A stretch of 63,868 bases of DNA, counting the filler, from Octopus bimaculoides (taxonomy: Eukaryota), in assembly GCF_001194135.2 (NCBI RefSeq). It is 6 parts of 6 records of this genome, joined end to end, with 100 filler letters (N's around TTAATTAATTAA, not from the genome) between each part and the next. Parts side by side here need not be neighbours in the genome. Positions count along the whole stretch, not along the records: positions 18,480 to 45,678 come from NC_068992.1; 5 more parts are not named here. The stretch is one strand, 5' to 3'. This document shows, piece after piece, positions 26,076 to 38,660 of the stretch. Position 1 is the first letter of the stretch; each line of letters opens with the position of its first letter. The notes beneath the pieces are model-generated. The model saw only the letters and a program-made list of their open reading frames with translations, made no database searches and had not been told where the DNA came from. The translations under genes were made by a program, and so were the position numbers.

Positions 26076-26681
26076 GGGAAGGCATGCGCCAGGTTCGGAG
26101 TTGTATTTCGGCCATGGTGGATGCTGGAGGCGCTTACTTTAAGTAAACTGCTATCTGCCAGCCATAATCCAGTTGATATCTTCGATTCGTTAATACAGCT
26201 TATTTTCAGATGGGATATTATGATTCCATTCGACTACGACCATGCCGGAGCACCACCTACAAGGATTTTAGTCGAACAATTTATTTTAAATTTTGTATGA
26301 AGATGGTGGATTGTATGTTATGACTTAATCTATGAATACATCGATAAAATTCTACCAAAACCCCTGCTGAAAATTTTAAACACCATTTTAGTTCTCTTTT
26401 ACATCTACGCAACAACTGGAACCAACCGCAGAGCTGGATGTACTGTTAGATTTGGGTCAAATACTTACATGTGTGCAATATTCTAACAACAGGTGATATA
26501 TTCATTGTGGTTTATTTCACTGTGAACTCTATGCTATCGTACCTCGCTATTTATGGCGTCCAACGACTTGATGTGCCTAGATTCAAGTGACTCCTTATAA
26601 CTAATTCATTCGTATATCTATATGTGTGTGTATGCATGTAAATATACATGTCTCTCTCACTCTTTCTCTCTCCACCCGCTC

Positions 26682-26763
<82 letters not shown>

Positions 26764-28811
26764 TTATTGATATGGCAATCGGGGTGTAGCTTTATTTAGC
26801 ACAGCAATCGTTTCGGCTTCCTTCTGCACTGGTCTATAGAGAGTGTGAAATGATGTAATGATATCGGATGCATCGCACAGTGCAGGGAGTCTCAGTTGAC
26901 GTATTTTAGTGTCTCCTTTCTAGACCTGAGATTTTAATTTTAAATTTAACGTTTACTTAGTGCAATACACATATAGATAGGCAAGCATCCAAGCACACAC
27001 GCGCACACACACACATCTTATACATGTGTCTGCATATGTATGTATGCATGTATATATTTCTCTCCCTCTTTCCCTACCTTTCTCTCCTTCTCCCTCTCCC
27101 TCTTTGTATATATGTGTTTATATGTATGTATATAATATTGTTCGTTTTTTCCGTCCTTGTTTTTGTATACATTCACTACATTCTTCCAAGGAATCTCATG
27201 CTCTTAGCTTAGTTTTTCTTCGGGGCTTACCAGATTGGAGTAATATCGAGAATAACCAGCCGAAATTGCAAGGATATTCTGGATCTCGACTGAAGAGAGA
27301 AAACTCCGAATGACCTGTCTTTGTTTTCTTTGCATCGTCTATCTGTATGTTTTGTCCCTTTCTTGTATCACCTAACTGTCTGGATGTTTCGCGTTTTTGT
27401 CCCGTTCTGTATTATATAATTATATATNNNNNNNNNNNNNNNNNNNNNNNNNNNNNNNNNNNNNNNNNNNNNNNNNNNNNNNNNNNNNNNNNNNNNNNNN
27501 NNNNNNNNNNNNNNNNNNNNNNNNNNNNNNNNNNNNNNNNNNNNNNNNNNNNNNATATATATACATCTCCTTTTTAAAGAGTTGTAGCCAGGTCTTTGGA
27601 AACACGCTGCTGTAATTCGTAAGTCGTACTTCAGGAAGAGCAAGCTCTAGACCTGCCATCATTTTCCCGACTGTACTCACTTTTAAAACGTCTAATGTGA
27701 TGAAGACTACAAAACGTTGAGTGCTTCTTTCCACTTATAGTTTCTGAAAAGCTAGTGAAATGCTATCTTCTTTTACACATCAATGGGTTCCTAGCTTGCA
27801 AAATTTAGTGAATGCAGTGTTGTTGCTTACAACACAGGCAAAGCTTTCGAAATTGTCTGGCAAGCAAATGTCCAATAGTAGCCTGCCACATTTCCTTGTT
27901 CGATTGTCACATTGACAGATTTCTTTCTATTTATCATTCTATCACTACCAACGTTACCCCACTTTAATAAATCAATAACATATTTATTGTCACATCCAAT
28001 AGCATCCATTCTTATGCAGTTGAAACTATATTTCATTCTTACATAACATTCTGAAGTCATACAGTATCTACTTGCAGTCTAAACACAGCAAATTAAACAC
28101 AGGCTGACACCATGAACAGAGTTCTAAAATGTATCCTCATCTAAAGATACACCAGTGGTATATCTTTGAACTGAAGAATGAAAAGCTTTACTCATCCTAA
28201 AATCATCGCATCATCCCACCCCCATAATTATGAACAGCACTTACTTAGAGTCATGAAGAACACATTCGTTCAAAAAATAGACATAACATTTCAACAGGAA
28301 TATTTCTAGGAGGTAGCAGGGTTTATGGAACTTCCACACTTATATTCCGGTCTCTCAACTCTATTCTTCTCATTCCCCTTGTAGTGTCAAATCTCCCAGA
28401 ACATGCTTTGATAAATACGCCAGTCCTTCCTATTCAGAACGATGAACCACTGCATTTCTGTTCCAGCATATCATTCGCGCAAGTGATAAGATACTATGAA
28501 TTTAGAGAAGATTTAATAGCATCTTTATTTGGCTTAGTGGGGAGCTGCGACGGGCGTAGTCACTGCCTTTTGTACATATCTACCAATTTAGAAATAGTAT
28601 GCATGTATATGTAGTACACACGCACCACGCATGCGCGCGCGCATGCACACACATGACACTTCGATATATTCGTCCACACAAAGTGCGTAACTTGCGTTAT
28701 TTGCACACAGTAACACGAACGTGCAATGTAGTTAGAAACGGTGTCGCGCAGAAAATGGTGTAAAGAATAACAGTTTAATAAGATAATAATATGAATAATA
28801 TGATAATATAA

Positions 28812-29225
28812 AGGCACAGGCGTGGCGGTGTGTTAAGAATTTCGCTTCCCTACCACATGGTTCTGGCTGCAGTTCCATTGTTTGGTATCTTGTGCAAGTG
28901 TCTTCTGTAGCCCCGCACCGACCAAGGGCTTATGAGTGTATTTGATTGCATGTATATGTATGTATGTATATATGTATTTTTTGTGTATGTATTTATATGT
29001 GTATGTGTCTTTGTGCCTGCATTTGTCCCAAACCTTCGCTTAACAACTGGTGTTGGTCTCTTTACGACCCCGTAACCTAGCGGTTCAGACCAGGGCCCGA
29101 CAGATGAAGTACCAGCTTTTAAAAGATAAACACTGCTGTCGATTCATTCAGCAAAAATGTCTTCTAGGTGGTGCCCCAGCATGATTGCAGTCTAATTAAT
29201 AAAGCAAGTAAAAGATAAAAGAGAA
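28812..29225 (+). mobile_element. Near full-length SINE family A
   Basis: aggcacaggcgtggcggtgtgttaag head, internal TA/TG tract, tail ccccagcatgattgcagtcta...aagtaaaagataaaa. Confidence 0.75.
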
Positions 29226-29437
29226 ATAAACTAAAACCCCATTTCGAGTAATACCTTTTATTCAAGCTGCAGTGTTTTTCCCTTATATGGTGACAATAGA
29301 TAACTTTTGCAGTCGGTATGAAGAAATCTGAGCACTCACCCAGGCACATGCATTCATTTCTTCATGGAACTTTTCATTGGGTGTTTGTCTTTTACTGCGA
29401 GGGCCGCTGTAATATCCAACGCGTAATGGAGGTGTTA

Positions 29438-29572
<135 letters not shown>

Positions 29573-30484
29573 ACACAACACTCGATATATTTTGAGTGAA
29601 AGCACATAAAACTATGTACAAAAACTTGGTGAGAGTATACAAATAATAAATCTCAGACAAGCAAAGTAAGATTCGAGTAAGTGGTGCTATTGTTGTGTGC
29701 GCAAATTGATTGAACTAGTGTATAATAATCTGAAACTTTTGTATTAACTGTTTTCATTATAGCCATTTTAAGAATTAAGATCGACAAAGGCCGTTTTTTT
29801 ATTGTTTTTTTGGCCCGTTTGATTGTTTTACAATCGACTGGGTGGCTCTGCTAACTGTACTACTTGAACCCTTTTTTTTCTACTTAGCGGATAAAAATCT
29901 GTAAACAAATAAGAAAACATTGATATGGTAAAAAAGAATCTTCCAGGAAATTTGTGGCAAATTGTCTTAATGTAGTAAGAATAAATGATGCGAACAAAAC
30001 ATGCGACAAGATGAGTTACTAGCTGGTGGAGAACACGATACAGTTATTTCTCCTAAATTCTAAATTTAGTTCATTTACAAACACAGAAAAGTCACAGATT
30101 ACTTATATCATTCACTGAAGTTGAATACCTATTATAATCAATATCGATAAACCAATAATGAAAGAATATTGAAAGAAACGACGATTGCTCAATTCTTGGT
30201 CGAATAAAAGCAATGCGTGGTTTTAGACTATATTTTTAGTTGTTAATACGGTAATATATAAGTTGAATTTCTATTATACTGAAACTGAATCGTAGAAGCT
30301 ATACTTTAGTTAAGATTTAACACATTTTACTTTCAGTTATCATCATTTTAATTTTATTACATTTGTTTCTTCAGAATTAAAAGATACCAATATAAAATAG
30401 TAACTATATCTGGGAAGATGAGCCATCGCGTAAAGAATCAATCGTTGTTTCAAGAAATATATAGAGAAAGATATTTTTGAACAG

Positions 30485-31320
30485 TGCGTTGAAGTCTTCC
30501 GGCATTCGGAATTGTTTTGCGCCAAAATCAGAACAGCTTCAGTGTCAAAATGCCAATAAGGAGCAAAGATTCAGGGTTGAAGAGATTTTTCGACCGGCAA
30601 TAGTTGCTGAGGAAGGTGAGGCTGTTTGCCAGATCAGAAACCATGGTTCAAGTATATCCAGACACCATGAAATATAGAGCATTGAACTATGTGAAAATTT
30701 TGGGGGGCCCGTTCAACCGACTACTGTTGTTTCTCCTTCATATTTTTCAGTGTTATTATTGGTGGTTTAAATGAGGGTTTTAACTCCTCTTTCTTGCAGG
30801 TAGCACCTTTGTGTGCCCTTATGATTGATATAAATTTTAATTCTATAGCTATCTACTGCTATTTTAGGCCTGCAACCACTTATATGACTGTTGTTGTTAT
30901 TATCAACTATTTATATTACCGCAGATAATAATAACGATAATAATATCTATATAAATATTCACTCCTTAATATTTGCTCCTTATTGGTATTTTTACTCTGA
31001 AGCTGTTCTGATTTTGGCTGGCTCAAAACAATTCAGAACACCGGCAGACTTCAACATGACGCGTTGAAGAGGTTTCTCAACCGGTAATACTTGCTGTAGA
31101 GGTTGAAGCTGTTTGCCAGATCAGAAACCATGATCCAAGTTTGCCTAAAAATTAAGAAATATATAGCATTGGGCTATATAGGTACGTGAAAAAGTTTTGG
31201 TGCTCGTTCGCCCTGCTACTGTTGTTTTTCTAACGTATTTTTCCGTGTTATTATTGGAGGTTTAAAGGAGGGTTTAAACTCTTGCTTAGCAGGTAGGCGC
31301 TTTTGTGTGCCCTTATTATA
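30485..31320. repeat. Unclassified compound repeat: inverted A - B - spacer - A - B
   Basis: About 30488-30566 is the reverse complement of about 30972-31054; about 30591-30850 directly repeats about 31081-31320. Confidence 0.75.
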
Positions 31321-32248
31321 TATATATATATNNNNNNNNNNNNNNNNNNNNNNNNNNNNNNNNNNNNNNNNNNNNNNNNNNNNNNNNNNNNNNNNNNNNN
31401 NNNNNNNNNNNNNNNNNNNNNNNNNNNNNNNNNNNNNNNNNNNNNNNNNNNNNNNNNNNNNNNNNNNNNNNNNNNNNNNNNNNNNNNNNNNNNNNNNNNN
31501 NNNNNNNNNNNNNNNNNNNNNNNNNNNNNNNNNNNNNNNNNNNNNNNNNNNNNNNNNNNNNNNNNNNNNNNNNNNNNNNNNNNNNNNNNNNNNNNNNNNN
31601 NNNNNNNNNNNNNNNNNNNNNNNNNNNNNNNNNNNNNNNNNNNNNNNNNNNNNNNNNNNNNNNNNNNNNNNNNNNNNNNNNNNNNNNNNNNNNNNNNNNN
31701 NNNNNNNNNNNNNNNNNNNNNNNNNNNNNNNNNNNNNNNNNNNNNNNNNNNNNNNNNNNNNNNNNNNNNNNNNNNNNNNNNNNNNNNNNNNNNNNNNNNN
31801 NNNNNNNNNNNNNNNNNNNNNNNNNNNNNNNNNNNNNNNNNNNNNNNNNNNNNNNNNNNNNNNNNNNNNNNNNNNNNNNNNNNNNNNNNNNNNNNNNNNN
31901 NNNNNNNNNNNNNNNNNNNNNNNNNNNNNNNNNNNNNNNNNNNNNNNNNNNNNNNNNNNNNNNNNNNNNNNNNNNNNNNNNNNNNNNNNNNNNNNNNNNN
32001 NNNNNNNNNNNNNNNNNNNNNNNNNNNNNNNNNNNNNNNNNNNNNNNNNNNNNNNNNNNNNNNNNNNNNNNNNNNNNNNNNNNNNNNNTGTAGGTAAAAA
32101 AGACATGTCCAAGGTACCACGCAATGGGACTGAACACGGAATCATGTGGTTGTGAAGCAAGCTTCTTACCACACAACCACGACTGCGTTTATATATCTAA
32201 AATTTAATTATTTACAATTGACGGATATTTGTCCTCATCTTTGTTGTT

Positions 32249-32294
32249 AACACAACGTTTCGGCTGATATACCCTCCAGCCTTCATCAGGTGTC
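32249..32294 (-). ncRNA. Minimal type I hammerhead ribozyme motif (family HH1), intact copy
   Basis: GACAC CUGAUGA A GGCUG GAGGGUAUAU CAGCC GAAAC GUU GUGUU. 5-bp stem I (one GU), 5-bp stem II, palindromic ACGU in place of stem III. Confidence 0.7.
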
Positions 32295-32342
32295 TTGGGG
32301 AAATTTCGAACTTGGGTTCTCATTCCTAAGGTATTTTTCCAA

Positions 32343-32388
32343 GACACCTGATGAAGGCTGGAGGGTATATCAACTGAAACGTTGTGTT
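32343..32388 (+). ncRNA. Hammerhead motif HH1, degenerate copy
   Basis: Same core, but the stem II 3' strand reads CAACU instead of CAGCC. Confidence 0.5.
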
Positions 32389-32924
32389 AACAACAAACAA
32401 GATCAGGACAAATATCCGTCAATTGTAAATAATATAAGTAATGTACATAATTCCTCATCTCTTGAATATAGAACTCTAAAATTTAATCTTAAACTTAATC
32501 ATTATCATCATCATCGGTGGATCGGCATAATCCTTATTTCGTAATCGCTGGCCTTATGCCATTATAGGACTGTATCGTATTTTTCAGGGTGGATGATTTA
32601 CATAGGTGTCTGAGCTCGTAATAAATACTTTGTGATATTTGTTCCACTTCAAATTCCAATCCCGCCATGGCAGTTTTGCTTTTTTTTATTTCGGAGCCAG
32701 CAACATAAAAGACATATTAACTACTGAGGGCGATTTCATCACCTTACCACTTACCGAAATTTGCGTTTTGTACTTATTTCTGGAAATGTTTATTAAGGGT
32801 GGTACACGAGGTCGACTTCCAATTTCATCGATAAAATAAGTACCAGTCTAGTACTGGCTTCGACGCAATAGACTACCCATCTCTTTAAAAACTGCTGGAC
32901 TTGTGTTAAAATTTGAAACCATTC

Positions 32925-33110
32925 ATGATGGAGAACTGGCACGATAGTTAGCATGCTGGATAAAATGCTTAGTGGTATTTCGTCTTTACGTTCTGAGTAC
33001 GAATTCCGCCAAAGCCGACCTTACCTTTCATTTTTTTCTCGGGTTGATGTAGTCGACTAGCCCTTTCCCCCAAATTTCAGGTGTTCTGATTATTGTATAA
33101 AGAATTATTA
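32925..33110 (+). mobile_element. SINE family B
   Basis: gaactggcacgatagttagcatgctggataaaatgcttag...gttctgagtacgaattccgcc...ccaaatttcagg...attatt. Confidence 0.75.
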
Positions 33111-34368
33111 AGGGTGACAGTTTAACAGATTCTTTAGACCATCGGAGAAAATTCCCTGCAATATTTCTTACTCCTGGTTACGTTTTAAGTGTCAATCGCG
33201 CCGAGCTCATTCTTTCGGGATTGACAAAGTACATCATCTCCACTAAACTTATAACTTTATGCCTAAATTAGTAGGTGTTATTATTTCATTGCTATTTTCA
33301 ATGTTAACCTTTACTAACATTTCCATCAGTATTAATGTCTTCAATAACACAGTATATATGCATATTAAAATATGTATTTTATGTCCAAGTGTCTCTGCTT
33401 GCATGTGAGTGTACACATATATGCGTTTATGTGAAAATTACTTCATATTTTTCTATTTTTATCATCAAACTAATTACATTTATACATGCATTACTAATAT
33501 CGTTATTATCAGGGATGCATATACAGTATCATAATTATTTTTGCCTCTTTATTGTCTAATTCATCCTATCATATTCCTGGTTTAACTAACTTTTTGATAT
33601 TAAATTCAAATATAATTTTAGAAGTAAAATATGAATTTTTAATTTCTAACTTTAATTTCCGATATTGGTAACATTTCAATAGCGAACTATTTTCATAAAT
33701 TGCTAGTTTTTATATTGCAAATTTGTTATATCAATAATTCACCCATTAAATCGATCTCGGTAGAAACGTACTATACATGAATATTTACAACAAATCGCAT
33801 ACCGTTTGAATTCTACAACACATATTACCTAAATACTATTTGGCGAATTGATACGTAATAAACGGGGAAGTCGGATTTATAAAAGGGGATGATATGAAGA
33901 ATTAGTTTGTTACATAGAATGCTAAACATATCAACCCAACGAAAATGATTTAACCTTAAGTAGAATTTTACATTTTACGATATTCGAAACAGAAAATTCG
34001 GAATTTCAATTAAAATTGTCACTACCGATAGGTAAGTGTAAACATCGGCAGAAGCATAATGCAAATGTTATTACATATATTTTATCAATAATATTATTCT
34101 AAAACAATTAATCATTACCTCCTTCTTGCCCCAATAAAAATTTGTAGTTAAGTACGAAAGAAACTGAACTTCGAAATTCACAAAATATTTGAAATTTACA
34201 AAATATTTGAAATTTACAAAATATACACATGCACATACAGTATGGCATCCAAGCATAGTTCTCAAGAGATTTAGTTCGTTGGGGAAATTTATTGTTTGTG
34301 TTCTAATTTTAGGGTGCGTCTTTTAAACTCCTATAATTTCTGTTTATTTTATAATGGTTAACTTTCAG

Positions 34369-34471
34369 TTTGGACATGTGGTACGTAACAGAAATCCTCC
34401 GAATCCGTCAAAGAATTTTACTAATGCTCGTGAAATCCCAAATAAAATTTTGGGGAGGAATGTTCTAACCG
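34369..34471 (+). CDS. Candidate exon, unidentified product (FGHVVRNRNPPNPSKNFTNAREIPNKILGRNVLT)
   Basis: Acceptor actttcag, donor CCG/GTAATT, open frame phase 0 to 1. No recognisable homology. Confidence 0.2.
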
Positions 34472-34639
34472 GTAATTATTTTGGACAAAATACAAATGTT
34501 TACCATAAAGCATGGAATAAAGTCGATTCTTAAAATCAAAAGAGAACATTCCATGCTAAAGATGAGTAAAGAACAGTTGATTTTGAGATCGAGCCCAGAG
34601 ATATTAAGTCAGAAGATGGGCACCGAACAGGAGATAAAC

Positions 34640-34790
34640 ATTTTATCGGAAAAAGGTGGTAGGGGCGATGTACGAGTGTTTGTTCAAGTACACAGCGCAT
34701 CGTCCGGTCCAGGAATCGACATCAGAATCTTATGACCATGAGTGCAACACCCTAACCAGTAACAGTTGCGCCTCCCCACCATGCACACAC
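34640..34790 (-). mobile_element. SINE family C head
   Basis: Reverse complement: gaggcgcaactgttactggttagggtgttgcactcatggtcataag...gtcgattcctggaccgg. Confidence 0.7.
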
Positions 34791-35375
34791 GCATGCACAG
34801 GCAGATAATTATGCAGGAATATGGACAGATAGACAAATAGATAAAGAGGGAGGGAGAAAGAGAGAAACCGTGAGAAGAGAGAGAAGGTGGAGAATACGGG
34901 ACCTAATTTAGCGGGCAGGACAGAACCTTGCAGACCAAGAACTAATTTTCTTTTTATCAGGGTACAGAACACAGACGTTTTCGAAAATCCTTTTGTTAGA
35001 CTAATTAGTACTTCTAATTTTAACTCGGGTAGTATTATTAAAAGTTAAATGATAAACTAATGCATATTGTTAAAAGGTAAGTTAAGATATGTTTTAGGGA
35101 TAACGCTAGAGATGTAACCCAATGGCTTGTAAAGGTAGAAAATGAAGTAATATTCTCATTCCTTCCGTATTTCATTAACAATTATGAATCTTCTAAGTCC
35201 AACACAATCATAAAGAAGGCTGTTATCTTTCATAGAAAGATATCCCCTTTAAATGCTACAGAAAATAGATGGCCTTTTGTGTACCATGGTTAGTGTATAT
35301 ATATATAGTTTTGGCTAGCAAGATATTGTTTTTCGTCTTAGATAAAATCTTAACAAACATTAATCTAATATACAG

Positions 35376-35576
35376 TAGATATTGAACGGAGACGTAAAAT
35401 ATTCCCAGAAGCAGCTACCGAGAGCATGAATGAAGGGTACTTGCAGGCACATGCCGAAATATCTCAGTGGAAAACAACACATATCACCTTCTCATATGTG
35501 TTGTTTTTAACATCGCACCTCTATATGGGATATTATTTCGACAAAGAAAATCATGTTATCGAATGCTTAATTTCTG
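35376..35576 (+). CDS. Candidate 201-nt symmetric phase-1 exon, unidentified product
   Basis: CAG/TAG tandem acceptor, 66 open codons (DIERRRKIFPEAATES...VIECLIS), donor TCTG/GTATGT. Phase-compatible with 34369-34471. No recognisable homology. Confidence 0.25.
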
Positions 35577-37199
35577 GTATGTGCTTATGCGTTTCAGAAT
35601 AGTATGTCTGTTTGTACATTTTCATGTTGCATGTCATACTCGAAACTGAGATTTATCCAGAAATAATAAATATCCAGATTACGTACATTTATATCATTGT
35701 TGGTAAAACTTGACTTGGTTTACTTGTGTTACATATTTTTAGCTGATTTTAGATTAAAGTATACTACTCATAAATATTTATATTTGCTGTCTCTGAGTTC
35801 TCTGCTAAAGTTATTATTTGAAGAATATATTCTTGTTGATTCTACGAAATATCTATTTCCATAATATGCGTGCGTTTGTGTTTGCCTATATGGAAACATA
35901 TTTCAATGTATGTTTATGGCCTTTATGTTTTATTTCTATTTACATATGTATGTTGCTGTGAGCTGGATCATTTTGCATAGACACTTGCACGAATATATTG
36001 AAATGTAACTGTGCATGTGCATTTATCTGACCTTCATATACATGCTGTAAACAATCTGTTTTGTAAATTTTTACATATCTTGTTGATTACGCATATGTAT
36101 ATCTATCCATATTTTTATCAATGTGAACGTTCAAGGTTTGTCCATTAAACCGAACTCATAAAACAGTGCACACACCAGTTCGAATATGAGATTGTTCCAC
36201 ATAGTCAGACAATCAATAAGAAAGTTACTTTGCCGTCCTGAGGCGATTTTCAGAGACAGTGCGAAGGTAAAAACTAGAGAAAAGGATAAATAAATAGTGG
36301 CTGCTTCACTGCGACACTGCATCTGCTCAGGTGTCACTTAATATTTGTAAATTTTTGATAAAGCTTAACATGACACCCTATTGCAAGTGAAATAGTTGTC
36401 ATGATATTGTTTGAAGATTGCCAAGAATAAATAAAATATAAACCCAATAGGATAAGTACCAGTACTACAATGAATAATACTGAGGCCGATTTATTCGACT
36501 AAAATTTTTGAAGTCGGTATCCCAGCATGACCACAGTCTAATGACTGAAGCAAGTAAAAGGTAAGAAATATAATATGAATATGAGAAATGGAAGAGAGAA
36601 AGAGTATACATACATATATTTATATATATATTGTAAATCAAAACGATACTGTTTGTGTACTGCTTGTACACGGTACTGCTTGTGTATTTGTATGCACCCA
36701 ATAAACGAATAAATAAAATGCATATATAATCGATCCTTGGGAAGCTAAAGATTGATCAGTCCACCGGTTGAAAACCTCTGCATTTTGTTGCTATCTGTCC
36801 TGAGAGAATCTGTACATGGAGATTTCATTAAACGAAAAAAGAAAAAATACAAAGAATGTGTGCAAAAATAGCATTTTGCTAAAGTGTATTTTTGTACTTT
36901 TATAATATATAGTAAATGTATTATATACACACAAATGTACATGTGTGTGTGTGTGTGTTTGCGTGTGCGTATGTGCGTGTATGTGTGTATGCGTGCAGGG
37001 CGCATCTGCATTATTGTCAAGTGAAGGACAATTCTATCAATAGGAAGCTGATAGGAAGCTGCTACTAATAAACTGTTTGCTCGTGGATCAGGAATAGACC
37101 ACTAAAATGTCCCCATAATGAACTTGCCAAATACTAAGAGAGGTGTCAATAGTTGATTTGTTTCTGTTGAACGTTAGCCTTCAAAAGCTACGTTAACGT

Positions 37200-38660
37200 T
37201 GGCACCTGGAGAGGCAAGTCGATACCTTTCAACAACGTCGTCGGGCGTTGGATGGAAGGTCCGGTTAAGATGTTAGGCGTCTGGTTCGGGTCAGACCTCC
37301 AGATAGGGAAGAATTGGAGCGAGGTGGTGAGCAGGATGGCTCACCTAACTGAGACCTGGTCTGAATGGTGGTTGTTCCTGAAAGAGAGGGTGGGGGTCGG
37401 AGTTGTTTATCGCATCTGTGATTACTACCCGCCTGACTGTCGTGCCTTGTCCAGATTCGTGGCTTAACAAGATAAGGCAATTGCTCTTCCGCTTTTTGTA
37501 GAGTAGCAGGGGTCCACTTGTGAGGCGCTCTATCAGCTGCCAGCAGCCACGAAAGGGTGGGCTTGGATGCCTTGGGTGTTGATGCGCAGACATGTGCTGA
37601 AACTGAGGCATCTCTCGCTCTACCCGGATGGTGAGCAGGTGTGGTCTCCGTTTGTCTGACTGATTCTTCCTAAGTTCACCAGTTTTGATGACTTAGAACC
37701 GTGGATTAAGCATAGACCTAAGTTGGGAGCGTAACAGGCGGAATTTCACCAGGCTCTTGAGCTTCCCTTGCGCGAGGGTAATGCCGGTGGCGATAGTTCC
37801 AACTCGTCATTCTATAGAGGGTTAGTAGAGGCAAAATGTGAAGATGTACTGGAGGAAACGCTGGGCTTCGATGAAGGTCAGCTTGCTAGTTTGTCCCGAA
37901 GAACATTCGGACCGGGGCCTATGAACAATTTCCAGAGGTCGCTCGCTTGGCAATGTTACCAAGGAGACTTGCCAATTCGAGATAAACTTGCTAGGTACGG
38001 TTATTCTTGCCAGACAATTGCCAAAGATGCGAGCAGAGCAATGAAACTGTCCAGCACGCTATTGTGCAGTGTCCAAGGTTATCGGCGATGTAGGTTTATG
38101 CCGAAAACTTGCTGTCATGTTTAGGAGGAGTAGAGCTGTCTTCTGCGTCTGTAATAAAGATTGTCCCACCGCCTTCCCTTTCAAAGGAAGGGAAGTTTTG
38201 TTTCATTGCGGTAATAGCGACTGCGAAAGAGGTAGTATGGAAGTCGAGTTTGAGAGGAGCAGGGATAGGCGACTTCATCTCCAGCCGAGAGTTGGTAAAC
38301 TACTTCGTTTGCCAACTCAAAAGGAAATAAAGATGGGGAGGAGCTGCCTGCCTCTAAGTGTCTTCGGGAAAAGATGGCAAAACGTAGCGTACATGTTGGG
38401 AGTAAATATGACCCCATAAAGGAAGTCAAAAGGTCCCAAAATAAAAAAAACAAAGGTTTAGTTGTGGTACGTGGTTTGTGGGGTTGCATCCTGTTTCCCA
38501 CTTCATTTTTCATAATTATTCTTCATTCGTTTTATATATTTGTTATTAAATTTTTAATCAAATGTTATTATCATTCGGAACAAATCACACCCCGCTGAAT
38601 CCTTGTCTGTCCTCTCTTTGTATAGTCCCCTGTGGATAATTACAGAATAAATTACATTAA
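37200..38660 (+). mobile_element. 5'-truncated Tx1/L1-clade LINE (post-RT region, zinc knuckle, 3' UTR)
   Basis: GPVKMLGVWFGSDLQIGKNWSEV, KGGLG-like motif, FQRSLAWQCYQGDLPIRDKLAR, ETVQHAIVQC. GC-richer than flanks, frameshifted, AATAAA near 38648. Confidence 0.8.

Larger units (their letters stand above)
32207..32433. mobile_element. Inverted-repeat element (about 92-95-bp arms, 40-nt spacer); Penelope-like inverted pLTR pair inferred
   Basis: Arms 32207-32298 and 32339-32433 are near-perfect reverse complements, each with CTGATGA...GAAAC. Confidence 0.8.

Noticed and set aside
27230-27400. Possible third hammerhead (CTGAAGA-GAGAAAACTCC-GAAT) in a dispersed-repeat-like segment
   Set aside because: GAAT instead of GAAA, imperfect stem II and no stem I partner; at best a decayed copy.
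27681-27743. 63-nt minus-strand segment with strong acceptor (cttttcag) and donor (GTGAGT), open in one frame (TISGKKHSTFCSLHHIRRFK)
   Set aside because: Joining it to the donor 87 nt upstream gives stops in all phases; no homology recognised; could be chance.
28812-28880. tRNA-like A/B boxes in SINE heads as true tRNA genes
   Set aside because: No cloverleaf or anticodon arm; they continue into SINE bodies.
34164-34222. 18-bp tandem triplication (gaaatttacaaaatattt)
   Set aside because: Ordinary slippage minisatellite with no further structure.
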